A stretch of 61,887 nucleotides of DNA, counting the filler. It is 12 parts of 12 records of this genome, joined end to end, with 100 filler letters (N's around TTAATTAATTAA, not from the genome) between each part and the next. Parts side by side here need not be neighbours in the genome. Positions count along the whole stretch, not along the records: positions 8,245 to 12,179 come from SRR7504441_1350; positions 12,280 to 17,467 come from SRR7504441_1353; positions 17,568 to 21,797 come from SRR7504441_1363; 9 more parts are not named here. One strand, 5' to 3'. Below the pieces are notes generated by a model. That model ran no database searches. It was not told where the DNA came from and saw only the letters and a program-made list of their open reading frames with translations. Below are positions 10,740 to 21,897 of the stretch, in pieces (position 1 is the stretch's first letter; the number at the start of each line of letters is the position of its first letter). Made by a program: the position numbers and the translations under genes.

Positions 10740-11699
10740 GCTGCATGGCTCCCTCAGCACTGTGCTGGCGCAATATTGGGAAGATCTCTTCGACAGCTGC
10801 GGGTGGGACACCTCAGCAGAGGACTGGACATCGGTCGACCAGAAGTTGGAATTCAGCGATGTATATTTAAATTACACGGAAAGAAGGACGACTCAACAGT
10901 ATCTCAGACAGCCGCAGCAACTGCATGTGGCCAGTTTGTAGCCCAGGGCCAGCTGTTGTTTCCAGTAGATGGTCCAGTTGTGGACCTGGCGAAAGAAGCA
11001 TCAAAGGAAGAGAACAAAAAAAATGAGTACGTGCTCATCCTCGATGAGATGAATCGAGCCAGCGCCGCAAAAGTCTTTGGCGAAATGTTCTATTTGCTCG
11101 AGGATAGGAGCCAGACTGTTGCACTTCGACACGAGCCTGAAACGCCGTTTAGCCTACCGCCAAACTTCAAAATTATTGGAACAATGAACACTGCTGATAG
11201 GCATCTTGACAGGCAGATGGATATGGCTCTGGTGCAACGGTTTGGTTGGGTGGATCTGTCCGTGCACAAGGAGCCGATAAAGGGGCTACTCGACCGTTTT
11301 GAATATCGACGACATTCTGCTGCAGCTAGAAGGAAAATCATCGAGACACAAGGAAGTCCAGGGGAGAGACAGATGGAGATCTGGCGGTTGCCAGGAAAAA
11401 CTTTGAACGCGTGGAACAGCCTGCTGGGCCATCATTGTAAGTGGCCAGGGGTGGAGATCGGTCCACGATTTTTCCTCCGTGATTTAGGGGGAGCAACGCA
11501 ACAAGTGAACGCATTAACACAGGACTTGGTAATTGAACGAATCCAACACATCGTGGACCTTTGGGACGACGAAATCTCATTTTATATTCAGTTCCTGCTG
11601 CAGTCTCACGGAGTGCGTGACATCGAAGCAATATTGGAACCAATGAAAAATGAGATCTGCAAGGTCAAGAATTCCAACAAGCGGCCTAGGGATGAATAG
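10740..11699 (+). CDS. McrB-like AAA+ GTPase domain (Walker A not found)
   Basis: DGPVVDLA..A...YVLILDEMNRA...VFGEMFYLLE...FSLPPNFKIIGTMNTADR...DMALVQRF is the McrB signature. A probable intron lies at 10678-10739. Confidence 0.75.
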   Translation, partial: AAWLPQHCAGAILGRSLRQLRVGHLSRGLDIGRPEVGIQRCIFKLHGKKDDSTVSQTAAATACGQFVAQGQLLFPVDGPVVDLAKEASKEENKKNEYVLILDEMNRASAAKVFGEMFYLLEDRSQTVALRHEPETPFSLPPNFKIIGTMNTADRHLDRQMDMALVQRFGWVDLSVHKEPIKGLLDRFEYRRHSAAARRKIIETQGSPGERQMEIWRLPGKTLNAWNSLLGHHCKWPGVEIGPRFFLRDLGGATQQVNALTQDLVIERIQHIVDLWDDEISFYIQFLLQSHGVRDIEAILEPMKNEICKVKNSNKRPRDE

Positions 11700-11931
11700 T
11701 ATAGCCTTGATGTCATCTGCGTAAACATTACGTAAAAATGATTATTTATCGTATACGTACCCGGCGTGAATCAGTTGTCAGTTACCTACTAAGAGTACGT
11801 GCACGAGCTCCATATTTATGCATGCGCGCCTGACATAGAATCTACCTCTACGATGCATCGTTCGAGAACAATCACAATAATCACTAGCCACAGGATAATC
11901 GCAGCGAGTCGGCTTGGCGCCATCCGCTGGT

Positions 11932-12179
11932 CTAACTAGGCGGCGGCAGCGACCAGCCCTCCGGGATCGGTCCTTGGTCGTAAATCACCTATAATTAGAA
12001 ACCACATTCCGTTAACGCGGCCGTTGGGGTCGAATCACCTCGCGGTGGCAAGACCACACCAGCTGTATGGCGTACGGTGTTCCTATCCCGGCTCCGCGAG
12101 GGTCGCCAGCTGGTCCGAACCTAACGGCCGCTCTCAGCCACAGATTCCACGCCACCGGGCGCTCTCAGGCCACAGATTC
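11932..12179 (-). CDS. 3' end of an unknown spliced gene
   Basis: Removing GT-AG introns 12121-12155 and 11989-12038 gives NLWPESARFGPAGDPRGAGIGTPYAIQLVWSCHREVIYDQGPIPEGWSLPPPS*. Confidence 0.45.
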
Positions 12180-12279
12180 NNNNNNNNNNNNNNNNNNNNN
12201 NNNNNNNNNNNNNNNNNNNNNNNTTAATTAATTAANNNNNNNNNNNNNNNNNNNNNNNNNNNNNNNNNNNNNNNNNNNN
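12180..12279. other. Artificial contig spacer
   Basis: N44-TTAATTAATTAA-N44. Confidence 0.99.
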
Positions 12280-12703
12280 GAGGAGGCGGCGGAGGAGGCG
12301 GCGGAGGAGCCAGCTGCAGCGGAGGGCGAGCAGGCCGGAGTGGCGGCCAGCGTGCTCGAGTCGCACCTCAAGGTGAGGGCTGGTGCAGCGGGCGGCTGAC
12401 GGGGCACAGGGCCTGGGGCTGCTGTCCAAGGCTGCTCCTGCGAAACCTGCAGTCAGCTCTCCAGCGAGCGACAAGAAGAAGAAGCAGAAAAAGAAAGCAG
12501 CGCCGCAGCGGGACAGCGCGGCAGCTGGGGCTGCTGGAGAGGAGGCGCAGAAGCTCTGGTGGAAGAACAAGCCTAAAAAGCGCTCCCGGCAAAAGAATAT
12601 CAAGAAGGACACCCGACCTGCCGAGCTTCGGCCCACTTATTTAACTCCCGGCGCGACCGACTACCGGAAAAACGCACCCCGAATGAGGAAAGACACTGCA
12701 TGA
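12280..12703 (+). CDS. 3' fragment of a Lys-rich, probably nuclear/nucleolar protein
   Basis: Basic stretch KKRSRQKNIKKDTRP; cut by contig start. Confidence 0.5.
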
Positions 12704-12861
12704 CCTGTAGATAATACAATAATCAATGTCTTACCGCCGCAATCTGCCGATGCCACCCTGGCAAGCTTTCAACAGCTCGATCGCGAACTGGCCATCGTCA
12801 GCTGCACTGTTCTGCAGTGAGGCAGATGACAGGTGGCAGACACGTTTAACTCACGACGACG

Positions 12862-14129
12862 ATGGTGGGGGCTGCGGCCCTTCCGAAGCTGACGGGCTGG
12901 GCAGCCGGTTGTCACCGAGCACGCGGCCTGGCGGACTTTCAACTACGTCACCTCCAAAAACCGTTCCTCGCACGGGGCCGACCTGTTCCTGGCGGTCCGA
13001 TCCGGCCGGCGCTGGGGCTGAGCGCGGGTGGTTAGATGGTGGAGGAGACACTGGGGATCGGGGGCTGGATGCTCCGGTCCGAGGCGCTCACACAGAACGC
13101 GATGCAAGTGATGTCGGCCCGGGCGATACACCGGGCGCTCTGGCTGTTCGAGGCCATCAAGACCCTGCGCAGCCCCGACTGCTGGGACCAAGGCTGGAGA
13201 ACTGGGTTAATTAAATGGATCGGCGGGGTGCAGGCCGGGCTTTTCGCCATCGGCGGGCCGCTCGAGCAGATCGCGATGGCAGGAGTGGCCGCGCCGCAGC
13301 TCAAAACCGGTGCCACCCGCCCCGGCGCGCCGGCTGAGCCTGCCGGGCAGTGGGATGTTTTAAATACTCGGCGCGGGTCGTGCTGCTGGCTATCCTGCTA
13401 GGGCTGGGTTCAAACCTTTGCATGCTGAAGGAGCTGCGTGAGCGGTGGGCGCACTCGCAGTCAGTAGTCAAGGAGAAGAGTACCGTGATACTGCTCAGCT
13501 GCCTCCGGACTCTAATCTCAATACCTTGCTTCCTCAACTGGGGCGAGCTAATCTCTCTGCCGGATGTGATCTCGCGGGCACTGCACCTGGCCGATACCTG
13601 CCTCGGATACTACGCCATGGCCAAAGGGCTAACAAACACGAGCGCGCCGGAGGAGGAGGATGTGGAGCTTGGTCAAGACATTGACATCCTCTCGATCGAG
13701 CCAGCTAGCAAGCGCGAGGGCGTCCAGTCAGACTCGCCGTACGCGGACTCGTCCCCGGAGGTGCAGGCCTTCCTGCAGGCCACCCGGCATGAAGAGCTGC
13801 CGCTTAGCTTTGGCAAGGAGGTCTCGGAGAGCTGCGGCGTGACAGTGTCGGCGGACGAGGCCGTTGAATCGTGGCGAGTCTATACTAAGATGAAGGACAA
13901 CTGTGAGAACCAGGACGAGGTCCGGCGGCTCGAGAACGCGGCCTGGCGCGCCTGGTTTAGGTCGCAACAGAAGATGAGGAGGAGGGCGAACTCGGGACTA
14001 AACCGGTTCCTGCCAGCTTCAAAGAGCTTCAGAGACTTGTCGCAAGCGCACTCGCCAATGCATTCGGATAACCTGTTCAGGGGGACCTGCGTGGTCGGTG
14101 GACAGGCCAATTGGCCAATGATGGGATGA
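12862..14129 (+). CDS. PEX11-like membrane protein fused to C-terminal DUF1752 (AreA N-terminal-like) motif
   Basis: Three short introns give MPVVTEHAAW...GADLFLAMVEE...SARAIHR, then hydrophobic helices, then WRVYTKMKDNCENQDEVRRLENAAWRAW. Confidence 0.55.
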
Positions 14130-14355
14130 TTGTAGGTGCTAGTACCGTAGAACTACTCAGTGAATCAATGGCTGCATTTAATTTAATCAATAAAACATAC
14201 TTGTAATTTACACGTCTATTATACCTTCAAGCTGACGATACCTATAGTCATCGTATACGGCCATCATCAGCATTGGGCTTAGTACTACACGAGTTTCTCA
14301 GACATTGCGCACACGCCACACTACTCGTACAATATAATGTTACGTCTGAAAAGGT

Positions 14356-15149
14356 TCAACGTCTGAAAAGGTTGAGGATCCGGTGACGGAGCAGGAACGC
14401 GGCACCGGCGGCCACACCCGCAGCGGCCACCGTGATCCCGATCGGCAACCAGGGCTCGTCCCCCACGGGCGTCTTGTCGGGCATCTTGTCGGGCTTCTTA
14501 TCCACTTGAGGCCGGCTGGGGTTGGCTACGCTCTGCTTGGCTGCACTGAATGCCCGCTCGGCCGAGGCGTCCGTGAATGCCTTCTGGGCAGCCAGCCGCA
14601 GCGCGCCCAAGCGCTCAGCGAACTGGCCGTCGGTCAGCTCCCGCCAGCCCTCCAAGCATCCGCGGACAAACTGCTCCTGGCTCTCTGCAGCCTCGGGCCC
14701 GTCGCTCCAGCCGCTCGGATCCAGCCCCGCTTCGGCCACCGGCCCGACGAGCAGCCCGCCGAATTCGGCAAACAACTCACTCAACCCAGCGTCCCTGGCC
14801 AGCTGCCGGCCGGCTCACTGGGAGCCTGGCGGCCGCGCACCGGCTGATGGAAACAGAGTGTGACCGGCCTCCCGGCCGCCTTGATCGTATCGCGGACCTC
14901 GGACAGCGGCAGGCATGCGGTCTCCGTCTCGGCCACACGCTCGACCAGCATCCCCGGCCGAATCGTCGCCGGCAGCTCCGGGGCCACCTAGGCCTCGCCT
15001 CCGCCCGGCCGCCCGGCCCCGGGCACCTTCTCGACCAGCGCGCCCGGGAGCAGTACGCCCGACAGCCGCCGTTCTACGAGCGTCAGACCCAGCTTGCCCC
15101 ACCGCGGCGAGGCCCAGCCGTCCTCCGGCCAGGTGTGCTCAACAGCCAT
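14356..15149 (-). CDS. PDZ-like domain protein with C-terminal tail anchor
   Basis: KLGLTL...IRPGMLVERVA...LSEVRDTIKAAGRPVTLCF; C-terminal hydrophobic helix followed by basic residues; spliced. Confidence 0.55.
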
Positions 15150-15231
15150 CACGCGCCTCTCCCTTGACGGTCAGCGCCTCGAAGAGCAGTCTGGCAGTTG
15201 CTTAATAACGACTTTTTCGACTTGCACACTC

Positions 15232-17168
15232 ATGGCGGGGAGAGCGCCGGTGGTGCTCGTGTGCGTGGCCCTTTGCGCGGCGGCCGTGGCCTCAGGGCGC
15301 TCGGCCCGGCCCAACATCGTGTACATCATGACCGACGACCAGGACGTGGAGCTGGGTGGGCTCAGCCCAATGCGGCACACCCGGCAGCTTCTGGGCGACC
15401 AGGGGGCGGTCGGGGAAGCCTTCTACATTGCCAGTGAGTTGCCCACCGCCAATGACCCAAACTGCCGGTGCAGCCCCGATATGCTGCCCCTCGCGCACCG
15501 AGACCCTCTCCGGCCGGCTCTACCACAACGTGCGTACGTCCCGTAGAACTCCCGTACCCAGCCTTGTGTGGCAGGTGCTCTCTGACGACCTAGGCGGGTG
15601 CATGCATGTCAACTCCACCCAGTACATCTTTGACCACCCGGCTGCGGTCTTCCCTCAGCTGCAGCGGGCCGGCTACCTCACCGGAGGATTCGGCAAAATC
15701 ATCAACGGCCAGGTGACGGCCCTCCGGTGAGATAGCCGGCTCAGCTGCAACGGCCAGGGACGGCTGTTCAACCCGCCGCGCGGCCGGCCGGTCAGCCGGG
15801 GCTGGTCGTGGCTGTCTGCCCCGCTAGATGAAGGTGACTACTTTGCGAGTAAGTTCTTCGAGAAGCGGCCCAACGGCTCTAGCTGGATCTCCTCGCTCGG
15901 TGCCCAGCTGGAGCCAACTTGGTACCAGACCAGCCAAATCGGGAACCGGTCGCTCGACTTCATCCGTTACGCCGTTGAGACCAAGCAGCCATTTGTGGCC
16001 TATCTGGGCCCGCACGCGCCGCATTACAGTGCAGATGCGCCCCCGTGGGCCCAACAGCTCTACGCGGACCGACAGGCCCCGCGCACACCTGCATTCAACA
16101 CGGCCGTGGGACAGGCCGACAAGGCACAGCACGTGGCTCAAAACCCGGAGCTTAACGCTGAGGCAATCGAGTTTATTGATGTTCACTTCCGGGACCGGTG
16201 GAGGGCGATCGCGGGCGTTGACGAGATGATCCGGCTGGTGGTGGCTGAGCTCGACCGGCTTGGGGTGCTAGACGAGACTTATATCGTGTTCAGCTCGGAT
16301 CACGGTTATAAGCTCGGTGAATGGCGGGTTGGATGCTCAAAACAGCACCCGTACGAAACCGACGTGAGATCCCGTGCGGGCTGAATGGGCTGACAGGGGG
16401 CAGGTTCACATCCCTTTCTTCGCGCGGGGTCCCGGGATTGCTCCGGGCACCAGGCTCGGGGCTCTCGGGTCCAACATTGATATTGCTCCGACTATGCTCG
16501 ACATGGCCGGACTCGAGCCAAACCCGGAGCACGACGGCAAAAGTCTATTGCCCATGCTCCAATCAAGACAAGAGAGCCAGGCCCGGCAGCGGCTCGAGGC
16601 TGGCTGGCGCGACCGGTTGCTCATCCAATACATTTCTGTTGGCACGTACTACAACGACCATGCCAAGCTCTGGCTGGCCGGGCCGAATGGCACCAGCAGC
16701 AGAGTGGAGTATGGGGCCGGGCCGGCAGTCAAAAACAACGCAATCTCGAAGGGCGCCTGTCCGGCGAGCGAGAACCAGACCGTGGGCCAAGTTGGCCGTG
16801 GCCATTGCTGGTTCGTGGACAGCCAAGCATCCAACAATTGGGTGGCTCTTCGACTCAGGAACGCCAGTCACAACCTTGTCTATGTGGAATCGTTCGGCGA
16901 GCAAGCCATGGCTGCTCCTACCGCTGGTGGCTTGGGGCGCGGGGTGTACCGTTGTTTGCCTGGAGACTTGTGCCAGACTGAGCTGTATGACTATGGGCCG
17001 GTGAACCGCAGCGAATATCCGCACTATCCCGTCATGACTGATGAGCGCTGGAGCCTGCACAGCAGCTTTGCGAAAGCCAGTGATGCCGTCAAGAGTGCGT
17101 TGCGCGCCGAACTCAAGCACGAGTACTGTAGTACTCGAAGATTAGCTGTGGACCGGGTTGGGTGCTGA
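15232..17168 (+). CDS. Secreted formylglycine-dependent sulfatase (N-acetylglucosamine-6-sulfatase-like)
   Basis: Signal peptide, RPNIVYIMTDDQD, spliced TPICCPSR (CxPxR), GYLTGGFGK, GPHAPH, FSSDHGYKLGE and NIDIAPT. Confidence 0.92.
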
Positions 17169-17467
17169 GCTCACCCGTGGTCAACCCTGAGAGCTAACTG
17201 CTTGTGAATACGAGTACTCGTACAATCATGTAACATTACGTGTCGCCGCGCATAGGCGGATAGCGCAGTGACTTAGTCACTGCTTCCACTGTTTGATTAA
17301 ATCAGTTATCATGTCAGTTATATTATCTGATCAACTCAGCGGGATCGGCGCGAGCAAAGCTATTATCCATCCTGCTAGTACCATCCTGCGCGAACGAATC
17401 GACAGTTTTTAGTTGCTAGGGATGGGTACTGTTAAGTCCTCATAGGGTGCAATACAGACTCTTGATT

Positions 17468-17567
17468 NNNNNNNNNNNNNNNNNNNNNNNNNNNNNNNNN
17501 NNNNNNNNNNNTTAATTAATTAANNNNNNNNNNNNNNNNNNNNNNNNNNNNNNNNNNNNNNNNNNNN
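17468..17567. other. Artificial contig spacer
   Basis: N44-TTAATTAATTAA-N44. Confidence 0.99.
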
Positions 17568-17594
17568 AGATCGTGCCACCCTCGGCGCCGCAGA

Positions 17595-18656
17595 ATGAGT
17601 GCTCCGCTGAGTGCAGAAGTGCTCCAGAACCAGGAGCTGAGGTACGGGCATTCTGCTCTCGGCCTGATCGGGCCGGGCAGGATGGAGACCCCTGTCCAGG
17701 CGCTGTGCGACAGGCGGATGATTCAAGTGCTCCGGGGTACTCAGGCGGGCTGGGCGTCCGACCACCCGATGCCGCAGCTGCTGGTGGGTAAAAAGTTCCC
17801 AACCACCCGGCGGGACTGCCTCAAAATCCCATACAGCATTCTCGAGAAGACCAACGAACTGGTGTCCCCGGAGTACAAAGTAGCGCTCCGGGCAGTGCTC
17901 GACGGCCGATTCCCCGAGAGGATCCAACTCGCGATCAGCCACCTTTTCCTCAACTACTTCTCGCCGAACGAGCAGCTGATCAGGTCGCAGGGCCGGCACC
18001 TGTTCATGCTCAAGAGCTACGATCTCAAGCGCCAGCTGCAGTGCTGGTTCATCCCCCTGAAAGAGGTCAGCTGGTCGACTGAACTGAACTGTAACCGAGA
18101 CTGACAGGTGGAAGCGCTGCAGAAGGCGTCTTCGGAAAACCTGAAGCAGGGCCTGTCGTATAACGACCTGGCGCTGGTGCAGACGTACTGTATAGCAGGG
18201 GTGATGGCTCTGCATGCCGAGACGTGGGGGGCCCCACCGGGGCGGGGACAGCCGAACCGGGGCGGATATGGCGAGTGTACCTGGATCGGGGGAACCGCGT
18301 TCCATTACGGCTGGGACGAGCGACAGGAGGCGTCTGAGTTTGCAATGATGGGCATGGAGCAGATGCCACTGCTAGCAGAGAAACGTGCCAAGGAGAGGGA
18401 GAAGCGGGCTCGGAAGCGTGCAAAGCAGAAACAGAAGAAAGCGGAAGAGAAGGAAGTGGCTGCGAGGGAGCAAGAGCAGCAGGCGCAGGAGGAGGCCGCA
18501 GAACGGCGCAAGCACCTGCTCCCGGTTGATGAGTCGTTGGCTGCAGCACTCAAGAACATTACGATCAAGAAGTTCAACGATGTGCCAGCACGAGGCGCCG
18601 GACCGGAATGGGAGGAGGCCGATCTTAGTGACGATGGGACGAGTGAACTAGAATAA
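17595..18656 (+). CDS. Hypothetical protein with charged C-terminal coiled coil
   Basis: Two ORFs joined by a short GT-AG intron near 18066-18107; no family recognised. Confidence 0.55.
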
Positions 18657-18832
18657 TTATGATATGCTTGAATCTGAGTTCCGCCCGGACTAGTTATAAA
18701 TTAGACACGCACGGACACGTCGGATTCGTATCCCATTATGTTAATTCGTACGTACCAGATTTGTGCGAGTTCACGCGTATAGTACCTGGTAGTCGAACTC
18801 TATTATTTTATCACCTCCAGTGAGAGGGAGAG

Positions 18833-19837
18833 CTAAGGGAGGACGGCAGCGTTGGCAATGTTTTGTGCAACTTCCTCGATTGCACTCTCAATTGGAGCAT
18901 TTTCCTGGACACAAACGGTCAGGCGCTAGAATGGTCTGAGGTACACTCGTGACCACTAGCTCTATATAGGGCGAGTGCTCACCATCAATTGCTTCTGTTC
19001 AAGGTACCGGTCAGCAAGCCCGCAGCAGAATTGGAGCAGAACGGTTCGTCTCACGTTCTTGGTAATGAACTGATTCGCATCGCACACTTTGCCCTCTGCA
19101 ATCATGCGCCTGCTCTGCGCTTTCTCCTCCTCCGATTTGTCAGTACCACACACCACTATCCTTCCATCATTGAGCACGAATGCGAGATCTCCTTTAAAAG
19201 CGTCGCCTTCCTTGCCGGTGACCTGAGCAGCCCGTCACTTAGTATGCTGTAATTACCTTCACAGTCTACGCTCACCTCCATACCGCTAAAGATGGGCATT
19301 TTGTTTTCCTTGTCTAGTTTCTTACAGAGAGCGAGGTCGGCTTGGTCGACGGCCTGGTCCCGGGAGGCCCTAGTCTGCATCACTGCAATCAGCCCCTTCC
19401 CCATGTCAGCCTGATCCATACACCTCAGCCTGACTGACGGGCAGCGCGGGCGCAGGGCATTAGCCAGCACCTGAAGCACCGACATGTGCATTTCAGGCAG
19501 CAGCAGGCTGGTGGCGTCATCGGCAGCTGGCTCAGCTTTGATATCCGGCACCACGGTTTTTACGAACTCAACGCGCGCAGCGGGCGGCATCATTAACCTG
19601 TCACCCACGCTACCACTGTGCGCTGCCAGGCTTGCGCCACCAGGTGAGGGCGAGATCCACTCCGTTTTCAGCCCAGAAGCGCGCCAGATTTGCCTCGAGC
19701 TGAATGTTCAGCTCCACGCGGCTCAGCGACTCGGCGCCCTCCACCACGCTCACGCCCAGTGGCGCATCCTGCTCCCCGGGCGCGGCCTGGCGCTCGCCCC
19801 TCTTGGACTGGCTCCTCTTCTTCGAGTTCCTCCCCAT
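18833..19837 (-). CDS. Hypothetical protein (spliced)
   Basis: MGRNSKKRSQSKR start; consecutive ORFs separated by intron-like segments; end uncertain. Confidence 0.5.
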
Positions 19838-19864
19838 CGCCACACCGGACAAGCTAGTGCGGTG

Positions 19865-19917
19865 CAGGACAAGAATCAACGGACGCGCCAGGACAAGAAT
19901 CAACGGACAAGTCAACG
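19865..19917. repeat. Tandem direct repeat in divergent intergenic region
   Basis: CAGGACAAGAATCAACGGAC at 19865-19884 and 19889-19908, plus a partial third copy. Confidence 0.9.
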
Positions 19918-19932
19918 CAACGAGGAAGCCAT

Positions 19933-21528
19933 ATGCCCCACGCGTCACCCTCGAGCAAGCGTCGCCGACTCGCCGTTCTTTCCGGCAACGCTGAGCTGCA
20001 TACGTTCCTGGAAGCCTGGACTGAGCTCGACGACGAACGCGTGTTCAAGATCTCAGCTCACGGTGGTGGCGGAGGTGGGTTGCCGAACGTTGACGCAGTG
20101 ATCAGTCTACTGCAGCTGCTCAAGAAGACTTCGATGTCGGCGGGGTCCGTGAATTTCGATCTGCTGGACCAGATCATGGAAGACCTGGAGAGTATATGTG
20201 GTACTGGAGCGACGCCCAGCTCAGGGCGTCAATGGCAAGAGGCCGTCAGGGTTTGGGAGAGGACGGAGGCTGCCCGTGCTCCGGCAGAACGTGACCGCAT
20301 CCATCTCTGCGCCTCGGCTGTGTCTGCTTCATTGGCGACTGGCATTGCAGACAAGCACGGAATACATGGAGATCGGTTGACCCGCCTAGGTAACCTTAGG
20401 TACTCAGATCCCGCAGCTGAGGAGGATGAGGATGAGGGCGAGGTGGACGTGGAGGATGCGGAGGAGTTCAACCTTGACAGCAAGGCACTGTGCGATCTCA
20501 GTTGGTTTTGCCCCACCGCGTTCAGATATTCACCGCTGTCAGCTCCTCGAGGAACGATGTTAGACCCGCTGATGTATGCACGCATCCTCTCCCACAGGAA
20601 GTCAGCAGCAAATCAGAACTCCCTTGCTATGTGCGCGTGGCGTATGGAGCAGGACGCGCAAGTCGCTACCATTGAAGAAGCTGCTCGCCCTGCTGTATCT
20701 GCTCTCCTGGATCAGTTTGCAGTGGTCTCCGGAGCAGCAGCAGCGAACCAGGGCTCATCAAGGTCTAAGTACATCCTTGCGCATGGAGGGGCGAAGCAGA
20801 GCGAGCGTTGGCGCAATGTTTGGCAGGTGGCTTATCGGTCGCTCAAAAAGATCGATGCAGAATACAAGCTTTGCTTGGCCCCCGCAGCGCTCAAGGCATG
20901 GAAAGGCGACGAGGCTATCGACGGCAAAGCGGCGGTCCAGTCATACGGTTTGGCAACGACAAAGCTCTTCTTCGCACGGCGCTTCCCACTGCAGCTTTTG
21001 AGTGATGAGCTGCTGCCAACGGAGCTCACAGGCGCCGTCATTCTCATCTGGTACTGCCCACGATGGTGGTGGTTCTATTACTTCTGCACTCCGATTATGT
21101 TTAGTGCCCTCGATTCGCTCTTCTGCGGTTATGTTCGAGCTGAGGGGAAGGCCTTACAGAACCACCTGATAGATGACGGCTCTCGTGCAGACCCGAATGA
21201 ACTCATGATGCCGACTCCACCAGCTGGCGACGATTTCTATCACCCGGAGTCGCAGCCCATGCACGACGACGATGACGATGACGACGAGAGCGTGTCTGTG
21301 CTGCTATCCACGTGGAACGCGGCTCGTTTACGTGCTAAGATCCTTATATCAACACGGAAGCGCCTTCTCGAGGAGCGTGGCGCATTCACGGAGTGGCTGA
21401 GAAAGCATATTGAGGGTCAGTTAGCAAAGGCAATTGAATTACGAAGCGTCGTCTCCCACAGGAACGGACCGGCATCAGAACGAAGGGTCCCGTTGACGCC
21501 GTTCAACCAGGTGCTTGCCTCGTGGTGA
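19933..21528 (+). CDS. Intronless 531-aa hypothetical protein
   Basis: Long ORF with NLS-like KRRR, acidic patches and an aromatic-rich segment; no family recognised. Confidence 0.6.
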   Translation: MPHASPSSKRRRLAVLSGNAELHTFLEAWTELDDERVFKISAHGGGGGGLPNVDAVISLLQLLKKTSMSAGSVNFDLLDQIMEDLESICGTGATPSSGRQWQEAVRVWERTEAARAPAERDRIHLCASAVSASLATGIADKHGIHGDRLTRLGNLRYSDPAAEEDEDEGEVDVEDAEEFNLDSKALCDLSWFCPTAFRYSPLSAPRGTMLDPLMYARILSHRKSAANQNSLAMCAWRMEQDAQVATIEEAARPAVSALLDQFAVVSGAAAANQGSSRSKYILAHGGAKQSERWRNVWQVAYRSLKKIDAEYKLCLAPAALKAWKGDEAIDGKAAVQSYGLATTKLFFARRFPLQLLSDELLPTELTGAVILIWYCPRWWWFYYFCTPIMFSALDSLFCGYVRAEGKALQNHLIDDGSRADPNELMMPTPPAGDDFYHPESQPMHDDDDDDDESVSVLLSTWNAARLRAKILISTRKRLLEERGAFTEWLRKHIEGQLAKAIELRSVVSHRNGPASERRVPLTPFNQVLASW

Positions 21529-21797
21529 GTGTCAGCAGTGGCACAAGATCAAAGATGATGTACGTAGACGTCACCGGGTCTTGTTACATGTGCGACATTA
21601 AACGCAAGGCCATGTCAATTAGAAGTCCGGCGGGTCGCTCTCGTTGCGTCTAGAGTGGTAGGGCTAGGCTAGAATATATATAATCTTACGTGTACGTAAC
21701 ATTACATGTGTAAAACTGAACAGTGACCGGCAGTGCCTCGAGAAATACTCGAGAAAGAAGAAAAAAGATTGCGGGTTCCAAAGGCGGATTCGGCGTG

Positions 21798-21897
21798 NNN
21801 NNNNNNNNNNNNNNNNNNNNNNNNNNNNNNNNNNNNNNNNNTTAATTAATTAANNNNNNNNNNNNNNNNNNNNNNNNNNNNNNNNNNNNNNNNNNNN
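21798..21897. other. Artificial contig spacer
   Basis: N44-TTAATTAATTAA-N44. Confidence 0.99.

Noticed and set aside
11900-12179. TPP riboswitch or HDV-like ribozyme (CTGAGA and CCTCGCGG words)
   Set aside because: The other required conserved motifs are absent.
14342-14373. 15-nt direct repeat ACGTCTGAAAAGGTT at a stop codon
   Set aside because: Simple local duplication with no element between the copies.
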